A stretch of DNA of 64,000 bases from an uncultured Rhodothermales bacterium (GCA_965367755.1 CBDUKH010000001.1:1-64000); one strand, 5' to 3'. Numbered from the stretch's first letter, positions 9,709-21,130 are shown. Numbers and translations are program-made. The notes: generated by a model from the sequence alone, not told the origin.

Positions 9709-10719
9709 TCATAGCCAGTCATTCTTCTGATACCACTCAATGGTATCCTTCAATCCAGCTTCCAATGAAATATTCTGTTGGAAACCGAAATCGTTGACTG
9801 CCTTGGCCACGCTGCACATCTTGCACGCCTTAAGAATTTCGGTTGCTTTCTCTTCGTTTAATGGCGGGTACTTTCCAAGCACCCTACCCCCAAACTCGAC
9901 TACCGACCCTACCGTCGTCACCATATCCCTTGGAACCGGGATCGTCAGCGCCCTTTTCTTTCCCAGAGCCGCCAGGGTGGCCGTTTTCACATCCTGCCAG
10001 CTGTACTGGTCTTCGCTGCCAATAAAATACGTCTCGCCTCCGGTATTTGGATGCTCAGCAGCCTGGATCATTCCATCAACCAGATCCTGCACGTGTACCA
10101 GGCTAATCTCCGGTTGAGAACCCGAACCCACCATTGGGACTATGCCTGCCGCAACCATTTTGAAAAACGTGAAGATATCTTTTTCGCGCGGGCCATAGAC
10201 GGCGGGTGGGCGGACCACCACTACCGGTGGACGTGAATGTTGAGTCTGCTCTTTTAGAAGCGAGGCAATAGCTTGCTCCATGCGGGCCTTACTCCTTCCG
10301 TACGCTGATATCGGTCTCAGTGGACTCGATTCAGTTGCTATCAACCTTTCACTGAACCCGACTGCCGCAAGCGAGCTCGTTACCAGAATTTTTTCCGCTC
10401 CCGGCGCGCATCGAAAAACAGTTTTAAGAAAATCGATCGTTCCCTTAACATTCGCTGCATCCAATTCTGCTTCATTCCGCGCACGAGTCAAGCCGGCAAC
10501 ATGGAAAACATGCGTAGTGTCGCGAAGCGCCTGACACAGTATTGCACTCCCCGACAGATCTGCTTTAACGAACGTTACGGGCAGGCCATCCAGCCACTTC
10601 GGTTCGCTCCGAACCAGGCATGAGACTTCGTAGCCACGTTTGAGCAAGGCCTCGACAAGGTGGCTACCCACAAAGCCGGTTCCCCCGGTGACAAATGCTC
10701 TTCTCGGTGCCCTAGTCAT
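9709..10719 (-). CDS. NAD-dependent epimerase/dehydratase family protein (extended SDR)
   Basis: Rossmann GGTGFVGSHLV motif at the N-terminus, a YGRSK catalytic Tyr-x3-Lys, 336 aa. Confidence 0.75.
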   Translation of the reverse strand: MTRAPRRAFVTGGTGFVGSHLVEALLKRGYEVSCLVRSEPKWLDGLPVTFVKADLSGSAILCQALRDTTHVFHVAGLTRARNEAELDAANVKGTIDFLKTVFRCAPGAEKILVTSSLAAVGFSERLIATESSPLRPISAYGRSKARMEQAIASLLKEQTQHSRPPVVVVRPPAVYGPREKDIFTFFKMVAAGIVPMVGSGSQPEISLVHVQDLVDGMIQAAEHPNTGGETYFIGSEDQYSWQDVKTATLAALGKKRALTIPVPRDMVTTVGSVVEFGGRVLGKYPPLNEEKATEILKACKMCSVAKAVNDFGFQQNISLEAGLKDTIEWYQKNDWL

Positions 10720-10720
10720 A

Positions 10721-12124
10721 TCAGGTTCGCGGAGTCATCAGGACAACATTTTCGACATGATGGGTATGAGGAAACATATCGACGGGTTGAGATTCTCCAA
10801 CATGCCACCCATCTCCAAACAATTCTATGTCGCGTGCCTGGGTCCGTGGATTGCAGCTGACATAAACCAACTTCGCAGGCCTCAAATCAGACAATCGTTG
10901 AACAACTTTGGGATGCATTCCTGAACGAGGAGGATCCACGATGACAACATCCGGTTTCCCGTGTTCTTCAAAGAAACCCGCATTCAACACCTTCAACATG
11001 TCGCCCAGTACGAAGTCACAGTTCTTTACATCATTCAACTTGACATTCGAAATGGCGTTGTCGACAGCTGACTTTATGACTTCAACACCGGTGACGCGTT
11101 TCACGAATTCCGAAACGTACAGTGAGATGGTTCCGGCCCCGCAATAGAGGTCATAGACATGATCGTCGGGCTGCAGATTTGTGACTTGTAAAACAGCGTT
11201 GTACAATTGTTCAGCCTGAGCGGTATTCGTCTGGAAAAATGCCGCGGGAGAAATTTCAAACGAGTACTTGCCAATCTTGTCGACGATCTTTCCGGATCCG
11301 AAGCGTACGATCGTTTCCTCGCCGTATGACGTCTGCGCGAGGCCGGTGTTAATTGTATTGACGAAAGTCGAAACGCGAGGATATTTCTTTTTAAGAAGAT
11401 TATCCACGAGAAGCATTCGCTCATCATTGGCGCCATTCGTCACGAGGTTAATCATGACCTCTCCTGATGATGCACTCGTACGCACCACAAGGTGACGCAG
11501 GAAACCCGTTTGGTCTCGCACGTCCCATGCCGTCCATCCTTCAGCGCGAGCCAGTGCCCTGACTTCAGCCAGCACTTCATAACTGATAGTGTCTTGCAGA
11601 TGGCACTCGTTCAGGTCCAGAATTTTCTCATAATTACCCGAGACGTGGAAGCCACCATAAACGGATACGTCAAATCGGACACCAGACTCGATTTCCGCAT
11701 AGGTCAACCAGCGTCGGCTGCCGAACGAGTACTCCATTTTATTGCGGTAGTAGTAAATCTCCTTCGCTCCTACGGGCTTATGAACCACAGGGTCAACAAC
11801 TTTCCCCATGCGCTCGAGGGCATCATGAATCCCTGTTCGCTTCGCTTCCAACTGAGCTTCATATTCAACATGCTGCCATTTGCAGCCACCGCATGTCCCG
11901 AAATGCTGACACCGCGGGTCGGTCCTGAGGTTGCTCGGCGTTAAGACCTTGACAATTTCTGCCTCGGCGTACCGACGCTTCTTGCGCCTGATCTTGATGA
12001 CAACCTTATCACCCGGGACACCTCCGTTCACCATAATGGCGAGACCGTCGACGTGAGCTATCGATTTCCCTTTGTCGCCGAATCGTTCTATCTCAACCGT
12101 TGTGGTTGCTCCTTGTTGAATCAT
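10721..12124 (-). CDS. rlmD: 23S rRNA (uracil-5)-methyltransferase RlmD/RumA (TRAM + 4Fe-4S + SAM-dependent methyltransferase)
   Basis: N-terminal TRAM domain, Cys cluster CQHFGTCGGCKWQ, class-I MTase motif DLYCGAGTISL, and a C-terminal catalytic Cys (YVSCNP). Confidence 0.85.
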   Translation of the reverse strand: MIQQGATTTVEIERFGDKGKSIAHVDGLAIMVNGGVPGDKVVIKIRRKKRRYAEAEIVKVLTPSNLRTDPRCQHFGTCGGCKWQHVEYEAQLEAKRTGIHDALERMGKVVDPVVHKPVGAKEIYYYRNKMEYSFGSRRWLTYAEIESGVRFDVSVYGGFHVSGNYEKILDLNECHLQDTISYEVLAEVRALARAEGWTAWDVRDQTGFLRHLVVRTSASSGEVMINLVTNGANDERMLLVDNLLKKKYPRVSTFVNTINTGLAQTSYGEETIVRFGSGKIVDKIGKYSFEISPAAFFQTNTAQAEQLYNAVLQVTNLQPDDHVYDLYCGAGTISLYVSEFVKRVTGVEVIKSAVDNAISNVKLNDVKNCDFVLGDMLKVLNAGFFEEHGKPDVVIVDPPRSGMHPKVVQRLSDLRPAKLVYVSCNPRTQARDIELFGDGWHVGESQPVDMFPHTHHVENVVLMTPRT

Positions 12125-12164
12125 TATTACTCGGTAGGCGGATGTAAGTGAGGCCTGTTATTCG

Positions 12165-12770
12165 TCAATTCTGAGATGACACTGAACCACTCGCCGCCTT
12201 GGCCTCAATTTCCATCAGAGTGTCGAGGACGGTGGCTGAATCTGTTGATGCTGACAGGCGCTCGACAAAAGAGACATGAAACTCTGCGATGTGCTGAACC
12301 AGCAGTAGCAGCACGGCCGCGCCGAGAGCGGGTTTACGCCGAATTACAGACTTCAACTCCGGTGCAAATAAGCCAAGGACCGAAGTCTGAGTTACTGCTC
12401 GGGCTGTCTCCTGCCTCCTGATATCACCATACGTGGAAACGATCCCGAATGTCTGGTTTGGCCCAAGTGTAATAGCATCGTAAACATCGCCGGTACCTTC
12501 TTCAAACGCGAGCGTTACCGAACCTGATTCTACTACATACAGACCCAATCCCGGATCTCCCTGATAGTAGATAACTTCGTCGCGCTTGTAATGTCTGCGA
12601 TGGAAAGCCGGGGCCAGGCCCAACAGTTGCCTTCGTGTCAATGGATTAAAAAGATCAACGTTCTGCAGGGTATTCAGAATCTGTATTGTTTCTTCGTCCT
12701 CCTTCGGAGCGAAGAACTTGCCATAGATTGCTCGAATGGAAGCAGGAATTCGTTTTGAGTACGAAGGCAT
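12165..12770 (-). CDS. cyclic-nucleotide-binding domain protein with no recognisable DNA-binding domain
   Basis: Single CAP-family cNMP-binding domain (YYQGDPGLGLYVVESGSV...FGIVS...RRQETARA). The 201 aa include no clear HTH. Confidence 0.65.
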   Translation of the reverse strand: MPSYSKRIPASIRAIYGKFFAPKEDEETIQILNTLQNVDLFNPLTRRQLLGLAPAFHRRHYKRDEVIYYQGDPGLGLYVVESGSVTLAFEEGTGDVYDAITLGPNQTFGIVSTYGDIRRQETARAVTQTSVLGLFAPELKSVIRRKPALGAAVLLLLVQHIAEFHVSFVERLSASTDSATVLDTLMEIEAKAASGSVSSQN

Positions 12771-12798
12771 AGGACTGACGATATTACTTCAGCTGATC

Positions 12799-15246
12799 TT
12801 AGAAAGTGTGACCGATACCAAAATGTAGCACGGGATCGGAAAATCCATCTGGGTAGAACCCACGCACAGAGCGGGAAGGATCGTATACTTTATATCCAAG
12901 GTCAATTCGCGCTATAAAATACTCCCACGCGATTCGGATACCTAATCCGGATCCGACACCTATTTCGCGATAGACGTTCTGAATGCGGAACAGTCCATCA
13001 TCAGCCCCGGGCTCAGCGACATCAACACCCGGATTTCGCGGACCCAACCAGATATTGCCGGCATCACCAAAAAGGGCAAATATCCAATCCGCTGCCAGCA
13101 CGTTTCGGAGAAATGTTGACCGCATTTCTACCGAAGCCTCGAGTTTGATATCACCTCCGAGAATATTGGTCGTTTCTCCTGAAGTAGTTTGCCCCGCGGA
13201 AAATAGATCAACAGGTCCCGGCCCCAACTCCCCGAGCTGCCAGCCTCTCACCGAAAAAGCCCCGCCGCTAAAGAATCGGCGATCAAAGGGAGCAACGTCC
13301 GAGTCGCCTGTCGGATGCACGATACCGCCAAGAGCCTTGAAGGCAACGACCGTCATTCGATTCATACGGTGGTATTGACGAAGGTCGGTAACAAAGCGCA
13401 CGTACGGGCGATATATCAAACGCGGGTCCGACCCATCAGAACTAAAAATCGGTAGTGCCGGGAGGCTTCCTTCGGTCGAGTCTGGAGTGAACACATACCG
13501 GTCGAGCAGTGACGGAATGGTGCCACCGATCTCGCCGGACATGTCATAGCTGTATCCGCTTTCACGACGCAACGGATTTACGCGTGCTGATCTAACCGTA
13601 TATCGGAATGCATTATTGATCTGAGGAGATGTATAATCTTCAAGGATGCGCGCGCGTTGTATTGGGTCGTCGCCAATCGACAATAAAAGTGGATCGAGGA
13701 ATTCACTTGCAAATCCACTGAGCGTATCCGGGTTACTAACACTGAAATCGATGAGATCGATTAGCGAAGCGAGAGTACGCGAGTGTTGCATCTCGAGACG
13801 AAAACGCATATTACCCCGACCACGAATGACCAGCTTCAGCTGGTCTCGTCGCGCTGCCAGCAGTGTCAGGCTTACGCGTGTCCTGGATTCATACAGATTG
13901 ATGCTGTTGTCGATCCACCGGAATGGGGATACGAGGTACGGGTACAAGATCGAAGCCGATACCTCCCCCTGGGTTGATGTAAACAATCGAAAATCGCTGT
14001 CCGCTGCTATAGATCCTGATGCCCGTAGCCGAAAATTTTCACCGCCACCGAGCAGGTTCAGGTTTCTGTAGGAAACGCCAACACCGGTTCCAAGCTCAGT
14101 GTCTGCACCACCCAGGACTCCACCCCGCTGGAGCATAAACGTTTCCAGTCTGATCTGGTGACGTCGCCGCGTGCGGAGTTCAATCCGATGTCGCAACGCT
14201 CTACTTGCCGAGAGCGAATCGGTCGTTTCAGTGGGTTCAATATTCGTATATGAGAAAATTCCACTTGCTTCGAGTCGACGTTTCGTAGCGGTCAACTCTT
14301 CCTGATTGTACCAGTCACCAGGACTGAACTGAAGGGCACGATCAAGAAGGGTAGACTGTAGCTGACTTTCATTCTCATATCGCGCTGTGACAAATCGCTC
14401 GGTATCGATCGAACCCGGCTGTACGGATTTCAAAGTGTCCTGTCGCACCCGCGGCCGAACTTCAGGGCCCGTGACCTCGAAGTTGACGTCGCTATACCTG
14501 AACTTGTCGCCGGCACCTACCGTGAGAGTGACGTCGAAGGAGTCCGGTGAAAACGGATAAACGATAGCCTTGATAGAGTCTCTGCTTACTCCGGCGTATC
14601 CCGAGTTTCGAAGGACGTTCAGGATACGAGTGCGTTCTGCAATCAGACCCGGTTCCGAGTATCGATCACTTGACCCGGTCGCTGCATCATGAATGAGAGT
14701 CTCGTTGACAATCTTGCCTCTGACTCCTGAATCAAGCGAATCGAGACCTACGAATTCGAGGTTCCGAATAAAGGTGGGCGGTCCGCGCTCGATTGTATAC
14801 CTCAGAGTGACCCACGGATCGTTATTGGGTTCGATGGCATAAGTAATCTGAACCCTTCGAAACCCCTCTTGAAGATAGAAGACTCGAAGACGCTCGACAT
14901 CGGCCTCGATGGTTTCCCGCTGCAAGATCGCCGGAGGTTCGCCAGTAGACATTAGCGCTCTTCCGAGGACCCCGTTTCCCGGGGCACCAAGCTGGTAAAG
15001 CCATAACCACCACCGAAATCCCGGGATCTGTAAGAACTCCCGATTTGCCCTCGTACGTGTCAGAGACAGCAGTTCGAAATCGGTAAATAGAGAATTGCCG
15101 GAAAACTTGATATCGCGGATGCGCTTCTCGGCAACAAACGATGAATCCGTTTGGGCATTGGCGGGAAGAGCGGCTGCGGCTGCGACGAGAATGCCAACGA
15201 GCATCCAGGCGCCGACCATCCTTAGAAGAGGGCGGGGAATTATCAC
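12799..15246 (-). CDS. Omp85/BamA-family outer membrane protein assembly factor
   Basis: 815 aa with a signal peptide, several POTRA-like repeats, a C-terminal surface-antigen (D15) beta-barrel, and a terminal ...GIGHTF aromatic residue. Confidence 0.75.
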   Translation of the reverse strand: MIIPRPLLRMVGAWMLVGILVAAAAALPANAQTDSSFVAEKRIRDIKFSGNSLFTDFELLSLTRTRANREFLQIPGFRWWLWLYQLGAPGNGVLGRALMSTGEPPAILQRETIEADVERLRVFYLQEGFRRVQITYAIEPNNDPWVTLRYTIERGPPTFIRNLEFVGLDSLDSGVRGKIVNETLIHDAATGSSDRYSEPGLIAERTRILNVLRNSGYAGVSRDSIKAIVYPFSPDSFDVTLTVGAGDKFRYSDVNFEVTGPEVRPRVRQDTLKSVQPGSIDTERFVTARYENESQLQSTLLDRALQFSPGDWYNQEELTATKRRLEASGIFSYTNIEPTETTDSLSASRALRHRIELRTRRRHQIRLETFMLQRGGVLGGADTELGTGVGVSYRNLNLLGGGENFRLRASGSIAADSDFRLFTSTQGEVSASILYPYLVSPFRWIDNSINLYESRTRVSLTLLAARRDQLKLVIRGRGNMRFRLEMQHSRTLASLIDLIDFSVSNPDTLSGFASEFLDPLLLSIGDDPIQRARILEDYTSPQINNAFRYTVRSARVNPLRRESGYSYDMSGEIGGTIPSLLDRYVFTPDSTEGSLPALPIFSSDGSDPRLIYRPYVRFVTDLRQYHRMNRMTVVAFKALGGIVHPTGDSDVAPFDRRFFSGGAFSVRGWQLGELGPGPVDLFSAGQTTSGETTNILGGDIKLEASVEMRSTFLRNVLAADWIFALFGDAGNIWLGPRNPGVDVAEPGADDGLFRIQNVYREIGVGSGLGIRIAWEYFIARIDLGYKVYDPSRSVRGFYPDGFSDPVLHFGIGHTF

Positions 15247-15342
15247 ACCAGGTCGAATACTAGCGATACAACAGCTCCCGAGACAGAGGTTAATGAAACA
15301 GGGTTCTAACCGTCAAGCAAGGATTATTGTTGCGGAACCCGG

Positions 15343-15561
15343 CTATTCGTCCTCGTAGTAAAAGTCGTCATCTGCGGTGGGGAAATCCGGCCAGACTTCT
15401 TCAATACTTTCGTAGGGTTCACCATCGTCCTCCATCGCAGCAAGGTTGTCAATCACTTCCAGAGGAGTTCCTGTTCGCTCCGCATAATCGATAAGTTCGT
15501 CTTTGGTCGCGGGCCAGGGAGCATCTTCCAGATAGGAAGCTAGTTCGAGTGTCCAGTACAT
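15343..15561 (-). CDS. DUF2795-family small acidic protein
   Basis: 72 aa with an ATKDELIDYAERTGTP motif typical of DUF2795. Extremely acidic C-terminus. Confidence 0.6.
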   Translation of the reverse strand: MYWTLELASYLEDAPWPATKDELIDYAERTGTPLEVIDNLAAMEDDGEPYESIEEVWPDFPTADDDFYYEDE

Positions 15562-15744
15562 GGTCTAGGGAACGCAGACAAAGCTGCAGAATACGTTAAT
15601 TTTGGTCATTTACAACGGTGCAGTTGCACAATAGGATGTCGAGCCTAGAAAAGCAAGTGCCTTGTTGAGGTCTAAAAGCGTTGACTAGACGCAGGGAATG
15701 AGGTTCCCGGGAGGCGTGAGCTTATGAGATAATTTGCAGCAGGA

Positions 15745-16746
15745 TCAGTCGAGCGACCCATGACCGGCTTGTGCATCCGTGAGCATCTTCTGATATGCTT
15801 GAGGAGTCAGGCTCGGAGCAAAGAAGTAGATTGGATTAACCGGCTTACCTTTGAGGTCTCGAACCTCATAGTGCAAATGCGGAGCCTGTGATAGTCCCGT
15901 GTTACCACTTCGACCTATCAGGTCGCCGCGGTTTACTTTGACACCGCGCTTGATATTATCGGGAATTGCTGAGAGATGGGCGAATGTAGTTACATAACCC
16001 ACATTCTCGTGTTTGATGCGAACGTACTTGCCGAGACCACCGCCTCTTCCAGCTTCCTGAACGACGCCATCGCCGGGAGCGACCACAGCGGTTCCGGTCG
16101 ATACAAGAATATCAACGCCGTTATGCGGTCGGTAGATATTCAGGATTGGATGGAGTCGTCTGCCAAAGCTGCTAACCACCGGTCCGTCGGCTGGCAAGAG
16201 CGCAGGCATTTCTGCCATCTGAATGTGATTTGATTTTGCCAGAGTTTCCAATTCGCGGTAACTGGCATTCTGGAGGTTGATCTGTCGCTCTAGCTGATCC
16301 AGCGAAGCCGACGTGCTTCTAAGAAGTGAGGCAGTCCCTTCCGAATAGCTGTCGAACTGAGCATATGGATCCGATCCACCTATACCGACCTGGCGAATAT
16401 CGTCAGAAATTGGTTCGGTCTGGAGAAGTGTACGGTACAGATCCTGGTCCATGTCGGAGAGTTGGTCCAACCGACCTTCAATCTCTGCCATTCGGTCGCC
16501 GACATCCAACAAATGATTCTGGAGAGTGCTGTTCTCACTGATCAGAGCCATTTCTTCAGGTGTCTTGACAAATCTGTCTAACCCGATAGTGATAATGACG
16601 CCAAGGATAACGGCGGCCGACGCAATGTAGAGCCAGGACTTGTACTTATCTCGTTTGTCCTCTACAAGTTCTACGAACTGGCAGAGTTCTTTATCGTAAT
16701 AATACTTCTTCAATGCTGACATTCTTTGAAACGTCTTTGGTTGCAA
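15745..16746 (-). CDS. M23-family peptidoglycan DD-endopeptidase (EnvC/NlpD-like, coiled-coil N-terminal region)
   Basis: HNGVDI...GNTGLSQAPHLHYEV LytM/M23 zinc-binding motifs. N-terminal transmembrane helix plus a coiled coil. Confidence 0.85.
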   Translation of the reverse strand: MQPKTFQRMSALKKYYYDKELCQFVELVEDKRDKYKSWLYIASAAVILGVIITIGLDRFVKTPEEMALISENSTLQNHLLDVGDRMAEIEGRLDQLSDMDQDLYRTLLQTEPISDDIRQVGIGGSDPYAQFDSYSEGTASLLRSTSASLDQLERQINLQNASYRELETLAKSNHIQMAEMPALLPADGPVVSSFGRRLHPILNIYRPHNGVDILVSTGTAVVAPGDGVVQEAGRGGGLGKYVRIKHENVGYVTTFAHLSAIPDNIKRGVKVNRGDLIGRSGNTGLSQAPHLHYEVRDLKGKPVNPIYFFAPSLTPQAYQKMLTDAQAGHGSLD

Positions 16747-17101
16747 ACCGCCGACGATTACCAGGGACCTGATTCAACACGTATCCACGATGGATACCGC
16801 CTGCTCTACAGACTTGCTTATACCGATTACGGTCAGGTGCCTTAAACTGAGATAATATAGGAGGGGTTTGTACCTATGTCAACCGAGTCCAGGCCGAGCG
16901 ATGGACGCAATTGAACGGATTTTCAAAGATTTCTAATGAGCCAGGACGCGGGTCATATCTCCCCGGCCACGACTCAACTCGGTCACTGTCTTATATCTAT
17001 CGGATGACGCGTTTCTGATATTAAACAAAAGTGCTCAATCTTCTCCATACATCAACAAACTGATTATTAGAGACTTAGCAAGGCTGTGGGAGACAATGAT
17101 T

Positions 17102-17506
17102 TCAGGATTTGATCGACAAATCGCCTGGAAGGTCATTGCGTTGCGGATTTGGATTCAATAGCGGACCGGTCATTGGAAGCTCAAAGGCTGTTACGAAATG
17201 GGCGATCGTCGAAAAGAAGAACTCCTGCTGAAATTCCACAAAATCGTCATCGAACTCATGCCGGTCACTATGGTGCCCATTGATCTCCAGAAAGAATTGT
17301 CTCGGCCAATCAGGGTAATCGGCCTGTGCCCTCTTGACCAATGCGAAGCAATCAGCCGCAGCCTTCTCAAACGAATCGTCTCTTTCGACTACGTGAAGTA
17401 ACGACACAGTGTTATCGAAATTCATGGCGATCCCGGGAGTATCCGGACGCGAGTAGTCTGGTACGATAGGCGCCTGGCCTTCAGGCCCGTTCAGTTTGTC
17501 ATTCAT
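17102..17506 (-). CDS. hypothetical acidic protein overlapping the uvrA stop
   Basis: 134-aa ORF whose start overlaps the uvrA stop by 8 nt. I found no recognisable domain. Confidence 0.4.
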   Translation of the reverse strand: MNDKLNGPEGQAPIVPDYSRPDTPGIAMNFDNTVSLLHVVERDDSFEKAAADCFALVKRAQADYPDWPRQFFLEINGHHSDRHEFDDDFVEFQQEFFFSTIAHFVTAFELPMTGPLLNPNPQRNDLPGDLSIKS

Positions 17507-20450
17507 CTGCAGCTTCCAATTCTAATAATTCGTCTTCGTCCACTTCTTCGTCGGTTTCGTCTTCGGCTTCGTCTGTACCCCCGAAGCCATAACTCAAGTC
17601 CAGATCTTCCTCCGACCCTACGACACTCCGGGCAAGTTCTTCTTTCAAGAATTTCCCGGTATATGAATCCAGTTTGGCAACCGCTTCAGGAGTTCCGGTG
17701 CCGACTATTCTCCCCCCTCGTTCACCGCCTTCCGGTCCCAGATCGATGACGTGGTCAGCGACCTTCACCACATCCAGGTTGTGCTCGATGACGAGTACCG
17801 TGTTGCCCTTCGCGACGAGCGCTTGTAACACGAGGAGCAGGTGGCGAACATCTTCAAAGTGGAGGCCGGTCGTCGGTTCGTCGAGAATGTACAGGGTATT
17901 GCCCGTTCCCGGCCGTGACAGTTCCTTTGCCAACTTCACTCGCTGAGCTTCTCCACCCGACAGGGTCGTTGCTTGCTGCCCGAGTCGGATATAGCCCAAA
18001 CCGACCATTTCCAATGTTCGTAGTTTCCGGTGAATCCGTGGAACGTTCTGGAAAAATTCCAGTGCCTCGGTGACTGTCATTTCCAGGACATCAGCAATAG
18101 TCTTCTTTCGAAATCTGACTTCAAGCGTTTCGGCATTGTATCGTTTGCCATTGCATGTTTCGCATTCGACATACACATCGGGCAAGAAATTCATCTCCAA
18201 CTTGACGATGCCTGCCCCCTTGCAAGACTCACAACGCCCGCCCTTTACGTTGAAAGAAAACCTGCCTGGCTTGTAAGCCCGAATCTTAGACTCAGAGAGA
18301 TCCGCAAAAATATCGCGGATCAAACTGAAGAGTCCGGTATACGTCGCGGGGTTTGACCTCGGAGTTCTTCCAATCGGCCGTTGATCTATCTCAATCACCT
18401 TGTCGACGTTGTCCAGACCCTTGATGTCCGTGTACGGAAGTGGTTGCGTTCGCGCCGAGTGATAGTGTGCCGACAGGATCGGATAGAGTGTTTGATTTAT
18501 CAGACTGGATTTCCCCGAGCCGGATACTCCGGTGACTGCGATGAACTTGCCGAGTGGTATTTCGAGCGTCTCGCCTTTGAGGTTGTGCCCGGTACTACCC
18601 TCCAGAATAATCGAAAGCCCGTTTCCTTTTCGGCGATGGGTCGGCAATGTTATGTGCCGGCGTCCAGTCATGTATTCCACCGTCAAACTGTCCGTCATCT
18701 GATGGATCTTCGACGGATCTCCAGCCGCCATTACCTCGCCTCCATTCTCTCCGGCAAACGGTCCCAGGTCGACTACAAAGTCTGCAGCTTCAATCATCTC
18801 CCGATCGTGCTCGACTACAATGACGGAATTGCCAAGGTCCCGGAGCTTCTTAAGAGATTCGATAAGCTTAACGTTGTCGCGTGCGTGAAGACCAATACTC
18901 GGTTCGTCCAGGACATACAGAACGCCAACGAGCTGAGTACCGATCTGCGTTGCAAGTCGAATCCGCTGACTCTCTCCTCCAGAAAGCGTTCGTGCTGAAC
19001 GATCAAGACTCAAATAGTCAATCCCTACGTCCAACAAGAATCCAAGTCGATCGCGTATCTCTTTAATAATCGGGCGCGCTATGATTTCCGAGCGACCGGT
19101 CAACGACAACGTATCTATGTACTTGTAGAGAGTTGCTATGTCCATGTTTACCAGGTCGGCGATATTTTTATCACCGATCCGATAAGACAAACTTTCCTTT
19201 TTCAGTCGACCGCCCCTGCATTCGGGACACACGACACTGCTCAGGTATGCTTCCGACCAGGCCCGCGACGAAGCAGAGTTTGTCTGCTCGTACGTATGCC
19301 AGACGTGTCCGAAGACGCCACCGAAACGATGCTGGTAAACAACATCCCGATCCTTATAGGAATACACGATGTCAAATTGACGATCGCCGGCACCTTCGAG
19401 AATCACTTCCTTTTGCTCGTCGGACAAGTCTCCGAATGGGGTGTCGAAATCTATCCCGTATTCTTTCGCAACAGCGCGAAGCTGACTGAAAATCCAGATA
19501 TCCCGTGGCTTGCCGATCGGATCCAGGGCACCCTCCCCAATACTGAGCGACGAATCGGGAACAACCAGATCTTCCGAAACGACTTTCTTGACCCCGAGGC
19601 CATTACATGCCTTACAAGCACCATAGGGAGAGTTGAACGAAAAACTGTTTGGTGATGGATCATCATACGAAAGTCCATCCTCGGCAGAATACAGGTGGCG
19701 ACTAAATATTCTGTCTTCACTTTCACCGTCATCCTGGAGTACCGACACAACAAGTACTCCTCCCCCCATGTTCAATGCAGTGTCAACAGACTGGGCAACG
19801 CGCGGGCGTATACCATCCTTGATTACCAGCCGATCGACAACCACCTCAATGTCATGAGTCTTATAGCGATCTACCTTCAAACCCTTGGTTAGCTCGAGAG
19901 TCTCACCATCGACGCGAACGCGTTCAAATCCCTGTCGCGATATCTGTTCAAAAAGCTCCCGGTAATGTCCTTTCCTACCGCGAACAATCGGACTCATGAT
20001 GAGGATGCGAGAGCCCTCCGGTAAATCAATAACGCCATCAATTATTTCGTCATCAGATTGCCGGCGCATCTCTTTTCCCGATACGTAAGAGTATGCGGTC
20101 GAAGCTCGTGCATAGAGAAGTCGGAGAAAATCGTAAATCTCCGTCACGGTCCCAACGGTAGATCGAGGGTTGCTGCTGACGCTCTTCTGTTCTATGGAAA
20201 TGACGGGCGAGAGTCCGTCAATAAAATCTACATCCGGGCGCTCCATCATGCCGAGAAACTGGCGCGCATATGCACTCAGGCTCTCCATGTATCGGCGCTG
20301 GCCTTCAGCATAGATTGTATCGAAGGCGAGGCTGGACTTACCGCTGCCAGAAAGACCAGTCACGACGACCAGGCGATTTCGCGGTATGTCTAGATCAATA
20401 TTCTTCAGGTTGTGTTCGCGAGCACCCCTGATGACAATTCGTTGATCCAT
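17499..20450 (-). CDS. uvrA: excinuclease ABC subunit A
   Basis: 983 aa with two ABC ATPase modules ([10 protein letters not shown] and [10 protein letters not shown] Walker A motifs, LSGGE signatures), zinc-finger Cys clusters, and a ~60-aa Asp/Glu-rich C-terminal tail. Confidence 0.95.
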   Translation of the reverse strand: MDQRIVIRGAREHNLKNIDLDIPRNRLVVVTGLSGSGKSSLAFDTIYAEGQRRYMESLSAYARQFLGMMERPDVDFIDGLSPVISIEQKSVSSNPRSTVGTVTEIYDFLRLLYARASTAYSYVSGKEMRRQSDDEIIDGVIDLPEGSRILIMSPIVRGRKGHYRELFEQISRQGFERVRVDGETLELTKGLKVDRYKTHDIEVVVDRLVIKDGIRPRVAQSVDTALNMGGGVLVVSVLQDDGESEDRIFSRHLYSAEDGLSYDDPSPNSFSFNSPYGACKACNGLGVKKVVSEDLVVPDSSLSIGEGALDPIGKPRDIWIFSQLRAVAKEYGIDFDTPFGDLSDEQKEVILEGAGDRQFDIVYSYKDRDVVYQHRFGGVFGHVWHTYEQTNSASSRAWSEAYLSSVVCPECRGGRLKKESLSYRIGDKNIADLVNMDIATLYKYIDTLSLTGRSEIIARPIIKEIRDRLGFLLDVGIDYLSLDRSARTLSGGESQRIRLATQIGTQLVGVLYVLDEPSIGLHARDNVKLIESLKKLRDLGNSVIVVEHDREMIEAADFVVDLGPFAGENGGEVMAAGDPSKIHQMTDSLTVEYMTGRRHITLPTHRRKGNGLSIILEGSTGHNLKGETLEIPLGKFIAVTGVSGSGKSSLINQTLYPILSAHYHSARTQPLPYTDIKGLDNVDKVIEIDQRPIGRTPRSNPATYTGLFSLIRDIFADLSESKIRAYKPGRFSFNVKGGRCESCKGAGIVKLEMNFLPDVYVECETCNGKRYNAETLEVRFRKKTIADVLEMTVTEALEFFQNVPRIHRKLRTLEMVGLGYIRLGQQATTLSGGEAQRVKLAKELSRPGTGNTLYILDEPTTGLHFEDVRHLLLVLQALVAKGNTVLVIEHNLDVVKVADHVIDLGPEGGERGGRIVGTGTPEAVAKLDSYTGKFLKEELARSVVGSEEDLDLSYGFGGTDEAEDETDEEVDEDELLELEAADE

Positions 20451-20544
20451 GCTGGTCGTCTACTGAAGAAGTAACAAACAATGAGTTACATAAAACCGCC
20501 TACTTCGTTCCGATCATTCTGCATCTTCCACTCAGACCATCGGC

Positions 20545-21123
20545 CTATGCAGCTGTGCCAGTTCGTTTCAGTTTGCGCGTTTCGTTGACGACCAGATACG
20601 GCTCCAATCGCGGAGAACCGTCACCTTCAAAACCGGGCTGGAAAGAGGGAGGAATCGCAGGTTGGCGCTGAAACCTACCCTTGCTATCTACAGCTTCCCA
20701 TCTCGCGGGCATTCGGTACAAATACCTTCCAATGCCCCATTGGACCGCGGCTCTTCGCAGGCTGCTTGTCAAACCTCCTTTGACAGCTTCGATGTCGGTA
20801 TTGCTGGCACCATCCCATTTTGTGATCCACTCGCCGTCGACTCGAATCGATATGCCGCAAAGGACACCACCATCAGGACCGACTGTATACTCGTTACGCC
20901 AATTGGCTGGCCCACATACCTCATCCAGTCTATCCATTATCGCGCGACTCGAAATGTATGCTACGGCCATTGCTCGCGTCTTGTCCTTCGTAAATACAAT
21001 CGGTTTCCACTCAACATCTGTAGCTGAGAAATACCGCTGTAAACGCCTGAAATCGATTGCTTTTGACATTTGCTCCCTCCTTTCGTGTGGTGTTAGCAAA
21101 TGATAACGACAGGGGGGTGACAA
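20545..21123 (-). CDS. Rad52/Rad22-family single-strand annealing protein (phage Sak-like)
   Basis: KGGLTSSLRRAAVQWGIGRYLY matches the Rad52-family signature. The N-terminal region is also consistent (YISSRAIMDRLDEVCGPANW). The true start may be the internal Met at 21069. Confidence 0.7.
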   Translation of the reverse strand: MSPPCRYHLLTPHERREQMSKAIDFRRLQRYFSATDVEWKPIVFTKDKTRAMAVAYISSRAIMDRLDEVCGPANWRNEYTVGPDGGVLCGISIRVDGEWITKWDGASNTDIEAVKGGLTSSLRRAAVQWGIGRYLYRMPARWEAVDSKGRFQRQPAIPPSFQPGFEGDGSPRLEPYLVVNETRKLKRTGTAA

Positions 21124-21130
21124 CTATATG

